Notes: generated by a model not told the origin, from the sequence alone. Positions 1 to 11,332 are shown, numbered from the stretch's first letter. The stretch: 64,000 nucleotides of DNA from an uncultured virus (IMG/VR IMGVR_UViG_3300027770_000054) (IMGVR_UViG_3300027770_000054), one strand, 5' to 3'. Translations and numbers: made by a program.

Positions 1-1
1 G

Positions 2-493
2 AATTTTCTTGGTCTTGTTCAAAATCCATCATCTACAGTTGGAACAAATATAATCACATCTGGATCTAATAAAAATCAAAAGTTAGATATTGTCTACAGA
101 ACAACTATATTGGCAGAAGTATCTACAGACACATTAAATTCCCTTCCAACAACAGATAACATATACAACACACAGGGAGTAAATTCAACAAATTCCAGTG
201 TAACCTCAAGTACAACAAATGGTGTTTTTATTGGTGGTGTAGGAAATATAGGTGAAGGTGGAGCGGCATCTTTTTATATTGCAAGTGAATTAAAAAATGT
301 AGCATATGCTAAAGCAAATTCATTGGTTGGAGTCACACTGGCAAATAATGTAACTATTACGGCAGTATACCAACAACCAGAATTTATTCAATATACTGGT
401 AAAGTTCTGTCAGTTAAGAAACTAAATACAGATCTGCCAATAAGTGATGTGGATTCTGTAATTATTCGTATAAATATGATAAAGGGAATGTAA
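2..493 (+). CDS. 5'-truncated baseplate wedge protein, probably gp8-like (C-terminal part)
   Basis: The frame is open from base 2 (NFLGLVQNP...), resembling the gp8 'R-Q-I-G-I-I-x-N-P' motif. The end 'GKVLSV...DSVIIRINM' resembles gp8 C-termini. It precedes a DUF4815-like gene, as in environmental T4-likes. Confidence 0.55.
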   Translation, partial: NFLGLVQNPSSTVGTNIITSGSNKNQKLDIVYRTTILAEVSTDTLNSLPTTDNIYNTQGVNSTNSSVTSSTTNGVFIGGVGNIGEGGAASFYIASELKNVAYAKANSLVGVTLANNVTITAVYQQPEFIQYTGKVLSVKKLNTDLPISDVDSVIIRINMIKGM

Positions 494-494
494 C

Positions 495-1229
495 ATGCCA
501 CAAAGTCCTCTAGGTTCAGATTTACCCCTAAGCGGTTCACCATACCACAGTAGAGTATCTTCACACTATGGAAGTGAAGATAAGAATTACTATATGGTGG
601 CATTTACCCCTGGATATGCTTTACAAGCATCAGAACTTAATGAATTTCAAGAATTATTCTTTTTGAATCAAAGTCTAACGCAAAGAATGAATAGTAATTG
701 GTCAGCAACTGCTTACAGTACTCCATTTTGGGAAGGGTTGATTCCACTACAATCAAATGGATGTACAGCATCTACTCCAATTATCGCTGCCGATATAGGC
801 ACTAATTTTAATCAGGCAAGCACAAGTGTAACTTTTAATGCTGGTTGGTATCTTTGGACGGAATATTCAAGCAAATTGAGTTTTTGGATATATTTAAGTA
901 GTACATTACGAAGAACAGTACAAACTACTGCTGTGGGTGGAGTAGGCACATTTTATATTGGTCTTGATGGATCAACCAATCAAATAAATTGCTGTCCATC
1001 AGCAGAATGTTCAGATACTCAAGATCCAACACTTAGAGACAATTCTAGAGATGGAAGCACCAGTAATTCTTACTTTACTTGTGGTGCTGCAAGATTGGGA
1101 ATAACTTTTGGATCAACTCCAGAAATACGAAATGCGATTGCTTCTAATTTTTATCCAATATTTAAATTTAGCATAAATGGTGCTACGGCAACAGTCAAAT
1201 TCATGGACGATCAACAAGTTTCAACCTAA
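495..1229 (+). CDS. Virion structural protein with DUF4815-like N-terminus
   Basis: 'SPYHSR...EDKNYYMVAFTPGYALQASELNEFQ' matches the DUF4815/VrlC N-terminal motif (PY..D...KN.Y.VLF.PG...QA.EL..LQ). Confidence 0.7.
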   Translation: MPQSPLGSDLPLSGSPYHSRVSSHYGSEDKNYYMVAFTPGYALQASELNEFQELFFLNQSLTQRMNSNWSATAYSTPFWEGLIPLQSNGCTASTPIIAADIGTNFNQASTSVTFNAGWYLWTEYSSKLSFWIYLSSTLRRTVQTTAVGGVGTFYIGLDGSTNQINCCPSAECSDTQDPTLRDNSRDGSTSNSYFTCGAARLGITFGSTPEIRNAIASNFYPIFKFSINGATATVKFMDDQQVST

Positions 1230-1244
1230 GCGGATTAACTACAA

Positions 1245-3635
1245 ATGGCATTTAATACTAGTATTTCAAATTTAACGGGAACTTCTACCTTTTACGATTG
1301 GTATCAAAAAGAAAATAATGAAATTATTTCAAAATTAAATCTCGCCCAAATTTCAAGTATTACTGGTGGAGATGGTATTCTTGTTGGGTTAAGCGCATCT
1401 AGTGGTCTTGCTACTCTTTCCATTGGTGGAACATCTGGAAATATAGCAGCAGGATTAACTTTTAGTGGTTCAATTTCTTTCTTAGGTGAAACAGTATTTC
1501 CAAATATTTCCTATAAGATTACAGGAGTTACTACGGGAACTTCTGGATATACTTTTGGTAGTGTAGTTAGAATTACATCAACTGGTTATACTCTCGCACA
1601 GGCAAATGGTGCGGACAGTGCTGAAGTTATAGGTGTGATTTCTTCAATGAAGTCTTCATATTCTGTGGTTTCTCTTTCTGGTAAGATAGATGGAAACTTT
1701 ACCACGGTTGCTGGTGGAACTCTATCCCCAGGTTGTGTATATTTCTTGGATGGTCAAACTGCTGGATTCTTGACAACCACAGAACCAAATACAATTGGAT
1801 ATGTTTCAAAACCAGTCATGATTGGTATCGGCGAAACAGCAGGAATGATTGTTCAGTATCGTGGAAACTTTTTAAATTCAACATCTTCTGGATCTGGTCT
1901 TTCTGGTTCAAATATCATTTATGTTGCATTTCCAAAAAGTCCAGATCCAAGACTTCTTGGATTTACATTAGGTACTTTCCTCTCATATGCTCCACATGTC
2001 GCAGGAGCATCTGCATCTGTAAATGGTGCAACATTCTTTAACCAAGTATTAGCAGATACTGGCAGAACTGCATTAAATAAAGGTTGGTTTATTAGCGGAA
2101 GTAAGAACTTTATCAGTAGATTATATACTCCAGGAGCCCCATTCTATAATTTACCATGGGAAGATGATTTTGTTGTTGGAATGATTCAGGGTATGGTAAC
2201 AACTGGTAGTGCATTCGTTTATGAAATTGTAACTAAAGGATATTCAACTGTAATTCCTCTTGGAGTTAGTTCACGCAATCCAAACGATGGTGTATATTAT
2301 CTTGCTGGAACCACATATACAGTTGCTGCTCTAGGCGTTACTGGACAACTAACATTAGGTGCTACATCTAGTAATTCTGCATATCAACCAGTTTATCAAC
2401 TTGGTCGTAACTTTACATCTTCAACACGACCTTCAAATTTCTTTGTAGATATTCGTCCACTGATGAATAGTCCAATTACAAGTTCATATAGATCCACTGC
2501 GGTTCCAGAAACTCTTACCAATGGATCAAATACGACATACAATGGAGATTTCTCTATATGGCAAAGAGATGCTGGAAATAAATCTGGAGTATATACGACA
2601 TATGGTGATGTTTACTTTGCCGATGGATGGATTCGTAGACAATCTGGATTTGTATCAACTACTACAAGTTCACAAAATTTACAAAAACAAACATTTGCCA
2701 AGACAGATACAAGTGTTGAAGGAACTCCGACAAATTATATTGATATTAAATGCTTAGAAAGTCTTGCAAGCACATTAAGCACAACAACATCAAATCCTGT
2801 ATATTCTATTGGTCATGTTGTTGATGGAATCAATACTTTTAGTAATACTGCAATAACGGTAAGTTTCTATGCCAAGACAGCAGTATTTGATAACAACTAC
2901 AAAGTAAATGTGTATTTTGCACGATATGGAAATGGTGCTCTTGTTGAGAAGAATATCATTGGACAGATAACTCCACAATCAAATTGGACTAAGCATACAC
3001 TCAATTATAATGTTCCAGCATATACAGATGTGACAAGTTATTCAAATGATTATGTTGAAATTGGTTTGGATTTGAATCCATTGATTCGCACTGCGTTTAC
3101 CAGTTTAGTCGCATCTAGCACAAATGTAACTATTAGTGTTGCTTCAATGTGTGTATATCCAGGAACATTTACTGCTCCTCCACATATGTTCATGACAACT
3201 ACAGAGAAATTAAAAGTAGCACAGAAATATTACTACACAACATATTCTGATTCACAGACTGTTGGATCTCAAACAATGTCAAGTCCAAGTGAACCCGAAT
3301 TGAATACTTATAGTTTTACAGTACTCCCAAATGCTCAATTTTCTATATTTAAGTTACCAACTAAAATGAGAGCAAATCCAACTGTAACTGTATATTCACC
3401 ATCTAGCGGGACAGCGAATGAAATGTTTAATTATACTTTTGGAAATGACTTAAGAAATGCTGCGGGGTCAAGAGGGTACAATGGATCAGTTCGTACAGCA
3501 CCTCTGGGAACACAAACAACATCCACATCATCCGATAATCCCGCAACAAATGTTAGATTGAATGTAAATTCTGGTGCGGTGTTTTACGATGTAGTCAATT
3601 GTAATTTAGTAGTAGATTCAAGTTATCCAATTTAA
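1245..3635 (+). CDS. Virion structural/fibre protein (796 aa)
   Basis: N-terminal 'TFYDWYQKENNE' resembles T4-like fibre attachment motifs. The C-terminal 'NGDFSIWQR...ADGW...QKYYY' block is typical of phage tail-associated beta-sandwich domains. Rich in G/S/T. Confidence 0.65.
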   Translation: MAFNTSISNLTGTSTFYDWYQKENNEIISKLNLAQISSITGGDGILVGLSASSGLATLSIGGTSGNIAAGLTFSGSISFLGETVFPNISYKITGVTTGTSGYTFGSVVRITSTGYTLAQANGADSAEVIGVISSMKSSYSVVSLSGKIDGNFTTVAGGTLSPGCVYFLDGQTAGFLTTTEPNTIGYVSKPVMIGIGETAGMIVQYRGNFLNSTSSGSGLSGSNIIYVAFPKSPDPRLLGFTLGTFLSYAPHVAGASASVNGATFFNQVLADTGRTALNKGWFISGSKNFISRLYTPGAPFYNLPWEDDFVVGMIQGMVTTGSAFVYEIVTKGYSTVIPLGVSSRNPNDGVYYLAGTTYTVAALGVTGQLTLGATSSNSAYQPVYQLGRNFTSSTRPSNFFVDIRPLMNSPITSSYRSTAVPETLTNGSNTTYNGDFSIWQRDAGNKSGVYTTYGDVYFADGWIRRQSGFVSTTTSSQNLQKQTFAKTDTSVEGTPTNYIDIKCLESLASTLSTTTSNPVYSIGHVVDGINTFSNTAITVSFYAKTAVFDNNYKVNVYFARYGNGALVEKNIIGQITPQSNWTKHTLNYNVPAYTDVTSYSNDYVEIGLDLNPLIRTAFTSLVASSTNVTISVASMCVYPGTFTAPPHMFMTTTEKLKVAQKYYYTTYSDSQTVGSQTMSSPSEPELNTYSFTVLPNAQFSIFKLPTKMRANPTVTVYSPSSGTANEMFNYTFGNDLRNAAGSRGYNGSVRTAPLGTQTTSTSSDNPATNVRLNVNSGAVFYDVVNCNLVVDSSYPI

Positions 3636-3646
3636 TGGAGAAATAA

Positions 3647-4771
3647 ATGGCAAGTTGTAGCAACAGTTCAAATATCCAATCGTCATTGACTTCCCTAAGT
3701 GTTGTTCAGGGGGGATCGCGACTAGTTACTGACATCACACGAATTTCTGGTCTTACAATTGGAAATGTGATTCGTTATGATGTTGCAACTACTGGGTTTA
3801 CTGCTTCTAAGGCGAATGATGCTCCAAGTTCAGAAGTATTTGGTGTAATTGAATCTCAGAATGTTTCCACAAATACATTTAGTGTTGTCATATATGGTTC
3901 AATTAATCTTGGAGCATCTTATCTCGCAGATATGGGAAGCGGTGGGGGATCTGGTGGAAATGACATTTACTTCGTAAGTGGAATTACTGCTGGAACTCTT
4001 CAAAATCTTGCACCCACAAGTTTGAATCATATAATCAAACCAGTATATCAAGCAGCACCACATGGATCATTTTCTGGAATTGTAATGAATTATCTTGGAT
4101 ATAAGATAGGTGGAGATATAGAATCTGTTCTTGAAGATACAGAATTGGGAAATATTCTAATAGTTCTTGGCACAAATGAATTTACAGAAGGTTATGTTGA
4201 TGCTTCAATTTCACACGAACTTGCAATAGCAGATTATGGCGAGTTTTATTCTAAATTTGGAACACAATACGGATATGTTGAAAAGATAGTTGTTAATGAA
4301 GCTATAGGTGGTACTATACAAGTTGGAATGAAAGCAAGACAACCATCATCTGGATATGTGGGAACTATTGTAAGAACAGATAGTGCAAATGCAACTTTAT
4401 ATCTTTATAAATCACCAACTTCAAGTCTAGCAAGCACTTCTAAAAATTTGATTGTTGATACAAGCAGTAATACAACTCAGACATTCACTATCGTTTCTAC
4501 AGAGATATATGCTGTACAATCGCCAGTGATTACTTTATCACAACCGTTGAATATTAGTGGTAAAGATGGAACAAATGTTGTAACCCAAAAGGTAAATACT
4601 GCAATAAAGGTAAAACCCCAGGGAATAAAAGTAAATGTTCCAAGGTCAGTGACAGTCACATCTTTAACGGCATCTAATATTGCTCTTGGCATTACATGGG
4701 CAGATGTTGGAACTACATTAACAAGTTATGATACAAGATTAAGAGCACTTGAGGCAATAGTTAAACCATAA
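3647..4771 (+). CDS. Virion structural protein (374 aa) sharing a domain with the upstream gene
   Basis: 'GNVIRY...ASKANDAPSSEVFGVI...YFVS...AGTL...KPV' parallels the upstream protein. C-terminal coiled-coil-like 'RLRALEA'. GGAG SD upstream. Confidence 0.6.
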   Translation: MASCSNSSNIQSSLTSLSVVQGGSRLVTDITRISGLTIGNVIRYDVATTGFTASKANDAPSSEVFGVIESQNVSTNTFSVVIYGSINLGASYLADMGSGGGSGGNDIYFVSGITAGTLQNLAPTSLNHIIKPVYQAAPHGSFSGIVMNYLGYKIGGDIESVLEDTELGNILIVLGTNEFTEGYVDASISHELAIADYGEFYSKFGTQYGYVEKIVVNEAIGGTIQVGMKARQPSSGYVGTIVRTDSANATLYLYKSPTSSLASTSKNLIVDTSSNTTQTFTIVSTEIYAVQSPVITLSQPLNISGKDGTNVVTQKVNTAIKVKPQGIKVNVPRSVTVTSLTASNIALGITWADVGTTLTSYDTRLRALEAIVKP

Positions 4772-7700
4772 TGTTTTACGGAAGCAGTCCATATCTTCAA
4801 CGAAAACTTCTAGGAATTCTTGGAGCAACTGGTGCTACTGGAGCAACTGGTGCTACTGGCGCAACTGGTGCTACTGGTTCTCAAGGATCAATTGGAAATA
4901 CTGGTCCTGGTTTAACAGGAATGACTTATTCAAACGGAGCAATAATCCACACATATACTGATGGATCAAGCATTAGTGTTGAATCTCCAAATGGAATACA
5001 AGGATCTGATGGTGATTATTATATCTTTGCTGATGGTGAGAATATTGTAGCAGGAACTCCAGGAATATTTTCTGGATTATCTTTGAATACATCTCTACCT
5101 CAAGATAGAGATGGTATCTTCACAATATCAAGATTGAATATTCGTGGAATAACAACAAGTTCACAAAATAGTAATCTTACATTAATTGGAATTAGTAGTT
5201 CTGTAGAATCCAGGATGATAAATGTTCAATATAATTTATCAGGTCTTCCATATCTTGGATTGTGTGGTGGATCGGAAGGACAACTGGTTGTATTTCAGAG
5301 TGGAACCAGATTTGTTGGATTGACTGGCACAAAGTATAATATAGATGCAAAAACGGTTGACCTACAATCTCTAAATTATGGAGAAAGAGTTCAATTTGTA
5401 AGACCAATACTAAAAACATTATCCTCAACAACAGGAACAGATCAAAGGTATTTCTACTGGCCAATAGATTGCCAAAATGCCAATACATTTGTTTTAAATT
5501 CGTTTCAAGATCAACTTATAGTTGGAACTAAAACAGTTGCTCAGGTAGTTTTAATTAAGAATCCACCAACTGCTAATATAGCAAAAGCAATCACTATAGT
5601 TGTACCATCAGGAATCACTGGTGGATTGGTAACTAAATTTGCTGTTGCCGATGATGTATCTGGATTTACACTAAACGATGCCGATTTCTCTGTATCTTGG
5701 CCATTGACATATCCTCCATGCTTCACTAGTGGAATAGATGTGATAAATTCTGTACATTTTGATGGAATTTGGTATTCTAATTATGGACTATACAATTCAG
5801 GAACAAGTTCTGTTTCATGGAATACATCATATAGCGATTGCCCAGGATCATATAATATACCAGATCCAGACTATCCAGCCTATGATCCAGTTGGTCTTTG
5901 CTGTGTTGGTTGTAGTGGTGCATCCGCTTCATTTGTTGGCACACAATCATCTTGTCAATTGTTAATATCTCAAGGATTGGCACAATTCTTTGAAGGAAAA
6001 GATGGAACATATAGTGGATGCACATTCAATGATGCTCCTGTTGGAATTTGTTGTTATAAAAATGGAAATAATTCCACAATCAAACATCCAAATCTACTTA
6101 GATTGTGTGATTGTTTAAGACTGTCTAGAAATTCAAATGAACAACCATGGTCATATTGGCAACAAATAGATAGTTGTTGCAAGAATATAAATTGTGTAGA
6201 TTGTGATGCTGCGTTTAACGATACTGGTGCTTGCTGCAATGGTGTTGGTGGATGTGAAAACAATACATCTCGCGCTTCGTGTGCTGACAGTGGAAAATAT
6301 TGGCAAGGAAAAGGAACAGTGTGTCAATATTTTCCACCTAATCCACCAGATTTTCCTGCACCTATAGAGATCTGTAAAACAGGAACTGCTGGGTGTTGTG
6401 TGACAGGAACATGCTCAGATGTTTCTAGACAATCTTCTTGCTCTGGATTATATTATGGATGTGGTCATACATGCGGATCATTTGATTGCGTGGATAATCC
6501 ACAAGTTATATGTCCTTCATGTCTTGATTCAAATCAAATATTCCAAGTTAAAAAATATAATTCTACTGGCAGTTTTATTGGATTTACTGAAGTCAAAATT
6601 GGTGATTTCTTTGCAGGTGGAATTGTTGCTGGTGTATTTAGTCCAAATGGAGCAACATGCTTAGGAAATAGATCTGCATTTGGTGGATTGTATGATGGAT
6701 TACCTCTTGGTTCTTATACCGATGATGCGCTTAGAAATTCAATCACTGGACCATTAGTATTTAATGAATTAAATTCTGGAACTGAAAAAACATCAAGCGC
6801 ATATAGAAGTGTGTATGATCCAATGGGATATGGATTTACTTTGCCAGAAGCACATCAATCCAACTGCGATTCATGGTTAATGATTGTTTCTCCGTGGCCT
6901 GCTAGAATACGAGAAGATTGGGATATAACTACTCATCAATTCACAGCAACACCATTTGTAGATTCTACTGTTTCACCAGATACAAGTATATTGCCAGCTG
7001 CAGACTTCGTACTAAATGAAATTGGCGAAAATCTAGTATACTCCAGAATAATTAATTTATTCACATGGAGTCATGGTGGAACATCACATTGCTTCACACT
7101 CGATGATAATTTAAATTCAATTTTTGATGGACAAGTATTATCTGAATCATGTGCATTCATTGGAACAGGGATTCGATCCGATGGTGCATATGGAACATTG
7201 CCTATACTAAAAAATGGAACTATGGGCAATACTTATTGGGGAAATGCTACAAGTTTTGATACATGTCCAGATGTAAATCTGTGTGTTGATTGTGAAGATT
7301 CCCCATTAGCAAGAACTAGTTTAGGAAGACCTTTCATATTTACCAGAAATACTGGATGGTGGTCAAGAAATTGGGGTCTATACAATTCTTGTAGATTGTT
7401 CGGTTCTGATGTTGCTGAATATTATCTCAGATCTGGAAATGGTATTGGTGGGCCACAATTTGCCAATCTTAAAACAATATTTGGTGCTACAGGATATGCT
7501 GGATTTACAGCAAATTTCTTTCATACAGGAACACCTACAGCAAAGACAACTATTGCTGAAGGAACTAGCGTATATAACAGATATTATTATTCTTCAGAAC
7601 AAATGAAATCTGAAGGATATCCACAAGTATCAAGATGGTATGTTCCCAGCATAGACGAACTTTCATTCTTAGCAAAACAATGCGTAGATATAAATCTTCA

Positions 7701-8253
7701 AGAAAAACTATACAATTATGGAATAACTTATGGAATTCCTATTGGAAGTTCTTCCATAGGAGCAAATGGATATGTTTGGTCATCTACTGGAACATTTGAT
7801 GAAGGTGTCACACGACAATACATTCAAGCAACTGGTGGATCGCCATGGCCAAATTCTGGAGAAAATGGATCAGAGGTAATATTACCATCCGATTCAAGAT
7901 ATGGGCAGATATTAACAAACCAATTTACCAAGGCGTGGGTATTGAAATTTCCAGAACATGATATTGACACACAATTACCACCATCTCCAAATTCGTTTAA
8001 AGTTAAAAAAGCACACGACTTTGACGATAAATATGAATTGAGATTGGTAAGACTTATTCGTTGTGATCAAAGATATTATGATAATAATTCACCTGAATTT
8101 TTAAGAAATAGAACATGGATGGTTCCCAGACTAACTGATGCTGCGGTATGCAATGGAACAAATCAAGAGATAGATGGAATCAATCCGCAGTACAGTTCTG
8201 CCAATTTTACTCTAGATCCACAGACATCCACTATATTCAGAAACGCAACATAA
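4771..8253 (+). CDS. Cys-rich fibre/adhesin-like protein: short GAT collagen, GxCC repeats, DUF1566/Lcl-like C-terminus
   Basis: (GAT)n near the N-terminus; GLCC/GICC/GACC repeats; 'GDFFAGG', 'WYVPSIDEL', 'YVWSST', 'VRLIR'. TAATG overlap with the upstream stop. Confidence 0.7.
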   Translation: MFYGSSPYLQRKLLGILGATGATGATGATGATGATGSQGSIGNTGPGLTGMTYSNGAIIHTYTDGSSISVESPNGIQGSDGDYYIFADGENIVAGTPGIFSGLSLNTSLPQDRDGIFTISRLNIRGITTSSQNSNLTLIGISSSVESRMINVQYNLSGLPYLGLCGGSEGQLVVFQSGTRFVGLTGTKYNIDAKTVDLQSLNYGERVQFVRPILKTLSSTTGTDQRYFYWPIDCQNANTFVLNSFQDQLIVGTKTVAQVVLIKNPPTANIAKAITIVVPSGITGGLVTKFAVADDVSGFTLNDADFSVSWPLTYPPCFTSGIDVINSVHFDGIWYSNYGLYNSGTSSVSWNTSYSDCPGSYNIPDPDYPAYDPVGLCCVGCSGASASFVGTQSSCQLLISQGLAQFFEGKDGTYSGCTFNDAPVGICCYKNGNNSTIKHPNLLRLCDCLRLSRNSNEQPWSYWQQIDSCCKNINCVDCDAAFNDTGACCNGVGGCENNTSRASCADSGKYWQGKGTVCQYFPPNPPDFPAPIEICKTGTAGCCVTGTCSDVSRQSSCSGLYYGCGHTCGSFDCVDNPQVICPSCLDSNQIFQVKKYNSTGSFIGFTEVKIGDFFAGGIVAGVFSPNGATCLGNRSAFGGLYDGLPLGSYTDDALRNSITGPLVFNELNSGTEKTSSAYRSVYDPMGYGFTLPEAHQSNCDSWLMIVSPWPARIREDWDITTHQFTATPFVDSTVSPDTSILPAADFVLNEIGENLVYSRIINLFTWSHGGTSHCFTLDDNLNSIFDGQVLSESCAFIGTGIRSDGAYGTLPILKNGTMGNTYWGNATSFDTCPDVNLCVDCEDSPLARTSLGRPFIFTRNTGWWSRNWGLYNSCRLFGSDVAEYYLRSGNGIGGPQFANLKTIFGATGYAGFTANFFHTGTPTAKTTIAEGTSVYNRYYYSSEQMKSEGYPQVSRWYVPSIDELSFLAKQCVDINLQEKLYNYGITYGIPIGSSSIGANGYVWSSTGTFDEGVTRQYIQATGGSPWPNSGENGSEVILPSDSRYGQILTNQFTKAWVLKFPEHDIDTQLPPSPNSFKVKKAHDFDDKYELRLVRLIRCDQRYYDNNSPEFLRNRTWMVPRLTDAAVCNGTNQEIDGINPQYSSANFTLDPQTSTIFRNAT

Positions 8254-8254
8254 T

Positions 8255-11200
8255 ATGATTTACGGGTCATCCAGAATTGTACAAGTAGTATCGGGAAATG
8301 TTCCAGGGGCAACTCAAGGACCAACTGGTCCTACTGGGTTTACTGGTCCTACTGGTCCTACAGGGTCAACTGGGTCTACTGGAGTTCAAGGACCAATTGG
8401 TGCGGGAATTACTGGAGCAACTGCGATAGGTTCCAATGTTGTATTCTTTGGTAATGGACTCTCATTCTCATTTTTCGCCAGAGGAAATACTGGAGTTTCA
8501 ACGGGAGATGAATATTATAAAGTGAACGGTTTAGGTGTCAATACCGAAAACAAATCAACAAACATAATATACACATCTCAAGAAGATTATTATCCAGCAA
8601 ATAATGATATTGTTAATTTTAAATCATTTAGACTATCTGGTGGACTTGGTGCGACATTTGTTGGAATGAGTGCGGATGCTGGAACTGTATTTTTGTTTGG
8701 AGCAACGGTTTCAGATTCTCAGATACCATTTGGAAATACAGGAGAAATTCTGTATATAAACAGCAATGCTGGATTTGGAACAGGAACACTAAAAGCAGCT
8801 GCTGCTCCAAATACAAGTTTCACTCCAAGCACCCAACAATTAATAATTGATCAAGTATTTTCAAGAGAATCTATATTTAAAAATAAAAACTGGTCAACAA
8901 TTGGAACTATTCCATTTAGATTCAACAATAGTATTCCATTTTCATATTATGGTGGATTGACTACTGATACATTTGGTAAATCTGTTGTAGAAAATAATAT
9001 TTTACCAAAATTTATATTTGAAGTTGGTTCCAGATATAAACTCGCAAGTCCAGTTGATAGTATCTCGCTTGGTCAGAAAATATTCTTAGGATTTACCAGT
9101 GGATCTACATTTGATACAATCACTTTCATTAATTCCACAGGAATATCATACACCAATACATATCTTCCACAAAATGTGACTAGAGATAAAATAGGATCTT
9201 GTTGTTACTGTAAGACGAATGTGACAGGTCAGGTTTGTTTAGATTATGTTTCTCAAGATTATTGCAATGCTATTTCTGGTGTATTTGGAGCAAGTGCTTG
9301 TGTTGAGAGATCCACAAGTTCAGATTGCTATTCTGAAGGTGCTTGTTGTGTATATGATCCAGAAACAGAAAGCGTTCGTTGCCTCAACACAACCGCTGCG
9401 CGATGTGAACAGTTTGGTGGAGTATTCAATGAAGCAAAGACATGTAGTTCTGTATGGGTAAATGGGCAATTATTCACATGTCCAACAAATTTATGTAATA
9501 GTGGTGGAGCACAAATAGGAAAATGCTGTGTTAATGGAAGATGTTACAATCTATCTAGCGGAGATTGTGCGTCTATTGCAGGATCTGTATTTGTTGCTGG
9601 ACAATTATGCACATCTGAAGAAGGTGATTCTGTTTGTTGTTCTGTAAGTTATGATCTAAAGGGTGCTTGCTGCACGGGTAGCAATTGTATAGATGATGTT
9701 CTGCCTCAAAATTGCAATGGAATCTATCAAGGTGCTGGAACAAAATGTAAAGAGGTCAATTGCTGCGGGTATTCATTCTCCGATGATTATTTCAAGGGAG
9801 CATCTGGAACTAAAAATGCATGTAAAGCATTAGGAGCAGATCAAATTTATTCGTGTCTTCAACCAGGAGATAAACTTGGTGGTGGATATTTTGTAGGATT
9901 CGTAGGTATGCCAAATCCTTGCGATTCATTCCTTTCGCCATCCTTGGCATTTGGTGAACCACTTGAATGTATGATCTATCCAAGAGGTAGATTGGAAAAT
10001 GTTCCAAGTTGGTATCTCAAGACATGCAAGGGAATAACAGGAAATGATAATACAGGATCTATTGAATACTTTGCACGAACATATCCAAAGATTCTTCCAA
10101 AGAATGCATTGGATTCTCGCTGTATGCTCAAGGCAGGAGCACCATTTGTTCAACAAGCATATGCATTGAATGGAGTTGTTTGGCCATCAGAATTGATGTT
10201 TGAGGGTGGAACAAATTATTCCGCAAATCGTGGAGCATTCTCGTATTCATTAGTTGGTTCAGGTCTAGCAGTAGAATACTTAGATCAGAATAATGAAACA
10301 TTATACAAATATCTCTCACAAAGAGTCTATGGAGAATCAGATATTCATATTCTTTGGGCATTGATAATTGGACCAGAGGATGTTGAAGTTTCTACAACAC
10401 CAAATGGAACAGATGGTGGATCTAGACTTCTCAGTTGGGGAATGATGCAAGGAGCACATAAACCTGGAGTGACTGGTGTTCCATTGGATATAGTGCTGGA
10501 AGAAATTCCAACCTATCCAGTAGATGGATTACTCAATACAAGAATTCACGATTCGTCTTCAAAGAATAAACCAGAATATTGGTTCAGAGGAACTGGAACT
10601 ACAGATGCAAAAGCATATATGCGCTTCTCATTTGGAAATGGTCCAGCATGGACATCAAGTGTTAGAGAATCTCAAATTACAACAAACATAAATTCATTTA
10701 AAGAAGCATATACTGAAATGTGGAATAATAAAAATCCACTATCCTCTGCTATAAGACAAATTTCTAATATAAATGAATCTGGTCTTTATGGACATAATGA
10801 TTGGTACATTCCTAGCATCATTGAATTGAACTACATCTACAATAATCTTCCACAACTAAATGCCGCATTTGCGGTCAATGGCGATCAACTATTGTCGGGA
10901 AGCGAATATTGGAGCTCAACAAGTGTTACTCGTCTCAAGAGTTGGAGTCCTTTTGTTCCTCTTGATAAAGATCAATATGTTTTAGAAAATATTGATCCCC
11001 AAATAGAACCATATCTTTCTGACAATAGGTTAACAAGTAATAATATTAATTTCTTCGCCAATGAAGATGAAGCATATAAATTCACAATGGCAGTTGCTAA
11101 TGGACAGAAAATGCTCACGCAGGTATTTGATGGCAATTCTACTACTGAAGGTATGATCAAATCCCAAAATAGAAATGCTAGAGTTGCTAATCTAAGACCA

Positions 11201-11332
11201 GTTAGACGAATTCCTTTAGTGGTTACTTGTAATAATTTCTACTATAGTGCATCTATTCTAAATAATTATTGGTCATCAGGATCTACAGGATGTGCGTCTT
11301 GTCTTGACATTGTAGAAGGAATGTGTACATGA
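8255..11332 (+). CDS. Cys-rich fibre/adhesin-like protein, paralog of 4771-8253
   Basis: MIYGSS start, GPT collagen, GSCC/GACC/GKCC repeats, 'GDKLGGGYFVG', 'DGLLNT', 'DWYIPSIIEL', 'EYWSST', 'LRPVRR'. Confidence 0.7.
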   Translation: MIYGSSRIVQVVSGNVPGATQGPTGPTGFTGPTGPTGSTGSTGVQGPIGAGITGATAIGSNVVFFGNGLSFSFFARGNTGVSTGDEYYKVNGLGVNTENKSTNIIYTSQEDYYPANNDIVNFKSFRLSGGLGATFVGMSADAGTVFLFGATVSDSQIPFGNTGEILYINSNAGFGTGTLKAAAAPNTSFTPSTQQLIIDQVFSRESIFKNKNWSTIGTIPFRFNNSIPFSYYGGLTTDTFGKSVVENNILPKFIFEVGSRYKLASPVDSISLGQKIFLGFTSGSTFDTITFINSTGISYTNTYLPQNVTRDKIGSCCYCKTNVTGQVCLDYVSQDYCNAISGVFGASACVERSTSSDCYSEGACCVYDPETESVRCLNTTAARCEQFGGVFNEAKTCSSVWVNGQLFTCPTNLCNSGGAQIGKCCVNGRCYNLSSGDCASIAGSVFVAGQLCTSEEGDSVCCSVSYDLKGACCTGSNCIDDVLPQNCNGIYQGAGTKCKEVNCCGYSFSDDYFKGASGTKNACKALGADQIYSCLQPGDKLGGGYFVGFVGMPNPCDSFLSPSLAFGEPLECMIYPRGRLENVPSWYLKTCKGITGNDNTGSIEYFARTYPKILPKNALDSRCMLKAGAPFVQQAYALNGVVWPSELMFEGGTNYSANRGAFSYSLVGSGLAVEYLDQNNETLYKYLSQRVYGESDIHILWALIIGPEDVEVSTTPNGTDGGSRLLSWGMMQGAHKPGVTGVPLDIVLEEIPTYPVDGLLNTRIHDSSSKNKPEYWFRGTGTTDAKAYMRFSFGNGPAWTSSVRESQITTNINSFKEAYTEMWNNKNPLSSAIRQISNINESGLYGHNDWYIPSIIELNYIYNNLPQLNAAFAVNGDQLLSGSEYWSSTSVTRLKSWSPFVPLDKDQYVLENIDPQIEPYLSDNRLTSNNINFFANEDEAYKFTMAVANGQKMLTQVFDGNSTTEGMIKSQNRNARVANLRPVRRIPLVVTCNNFYYSASILNNYWSSGSTGCASCLDIVEGMCT

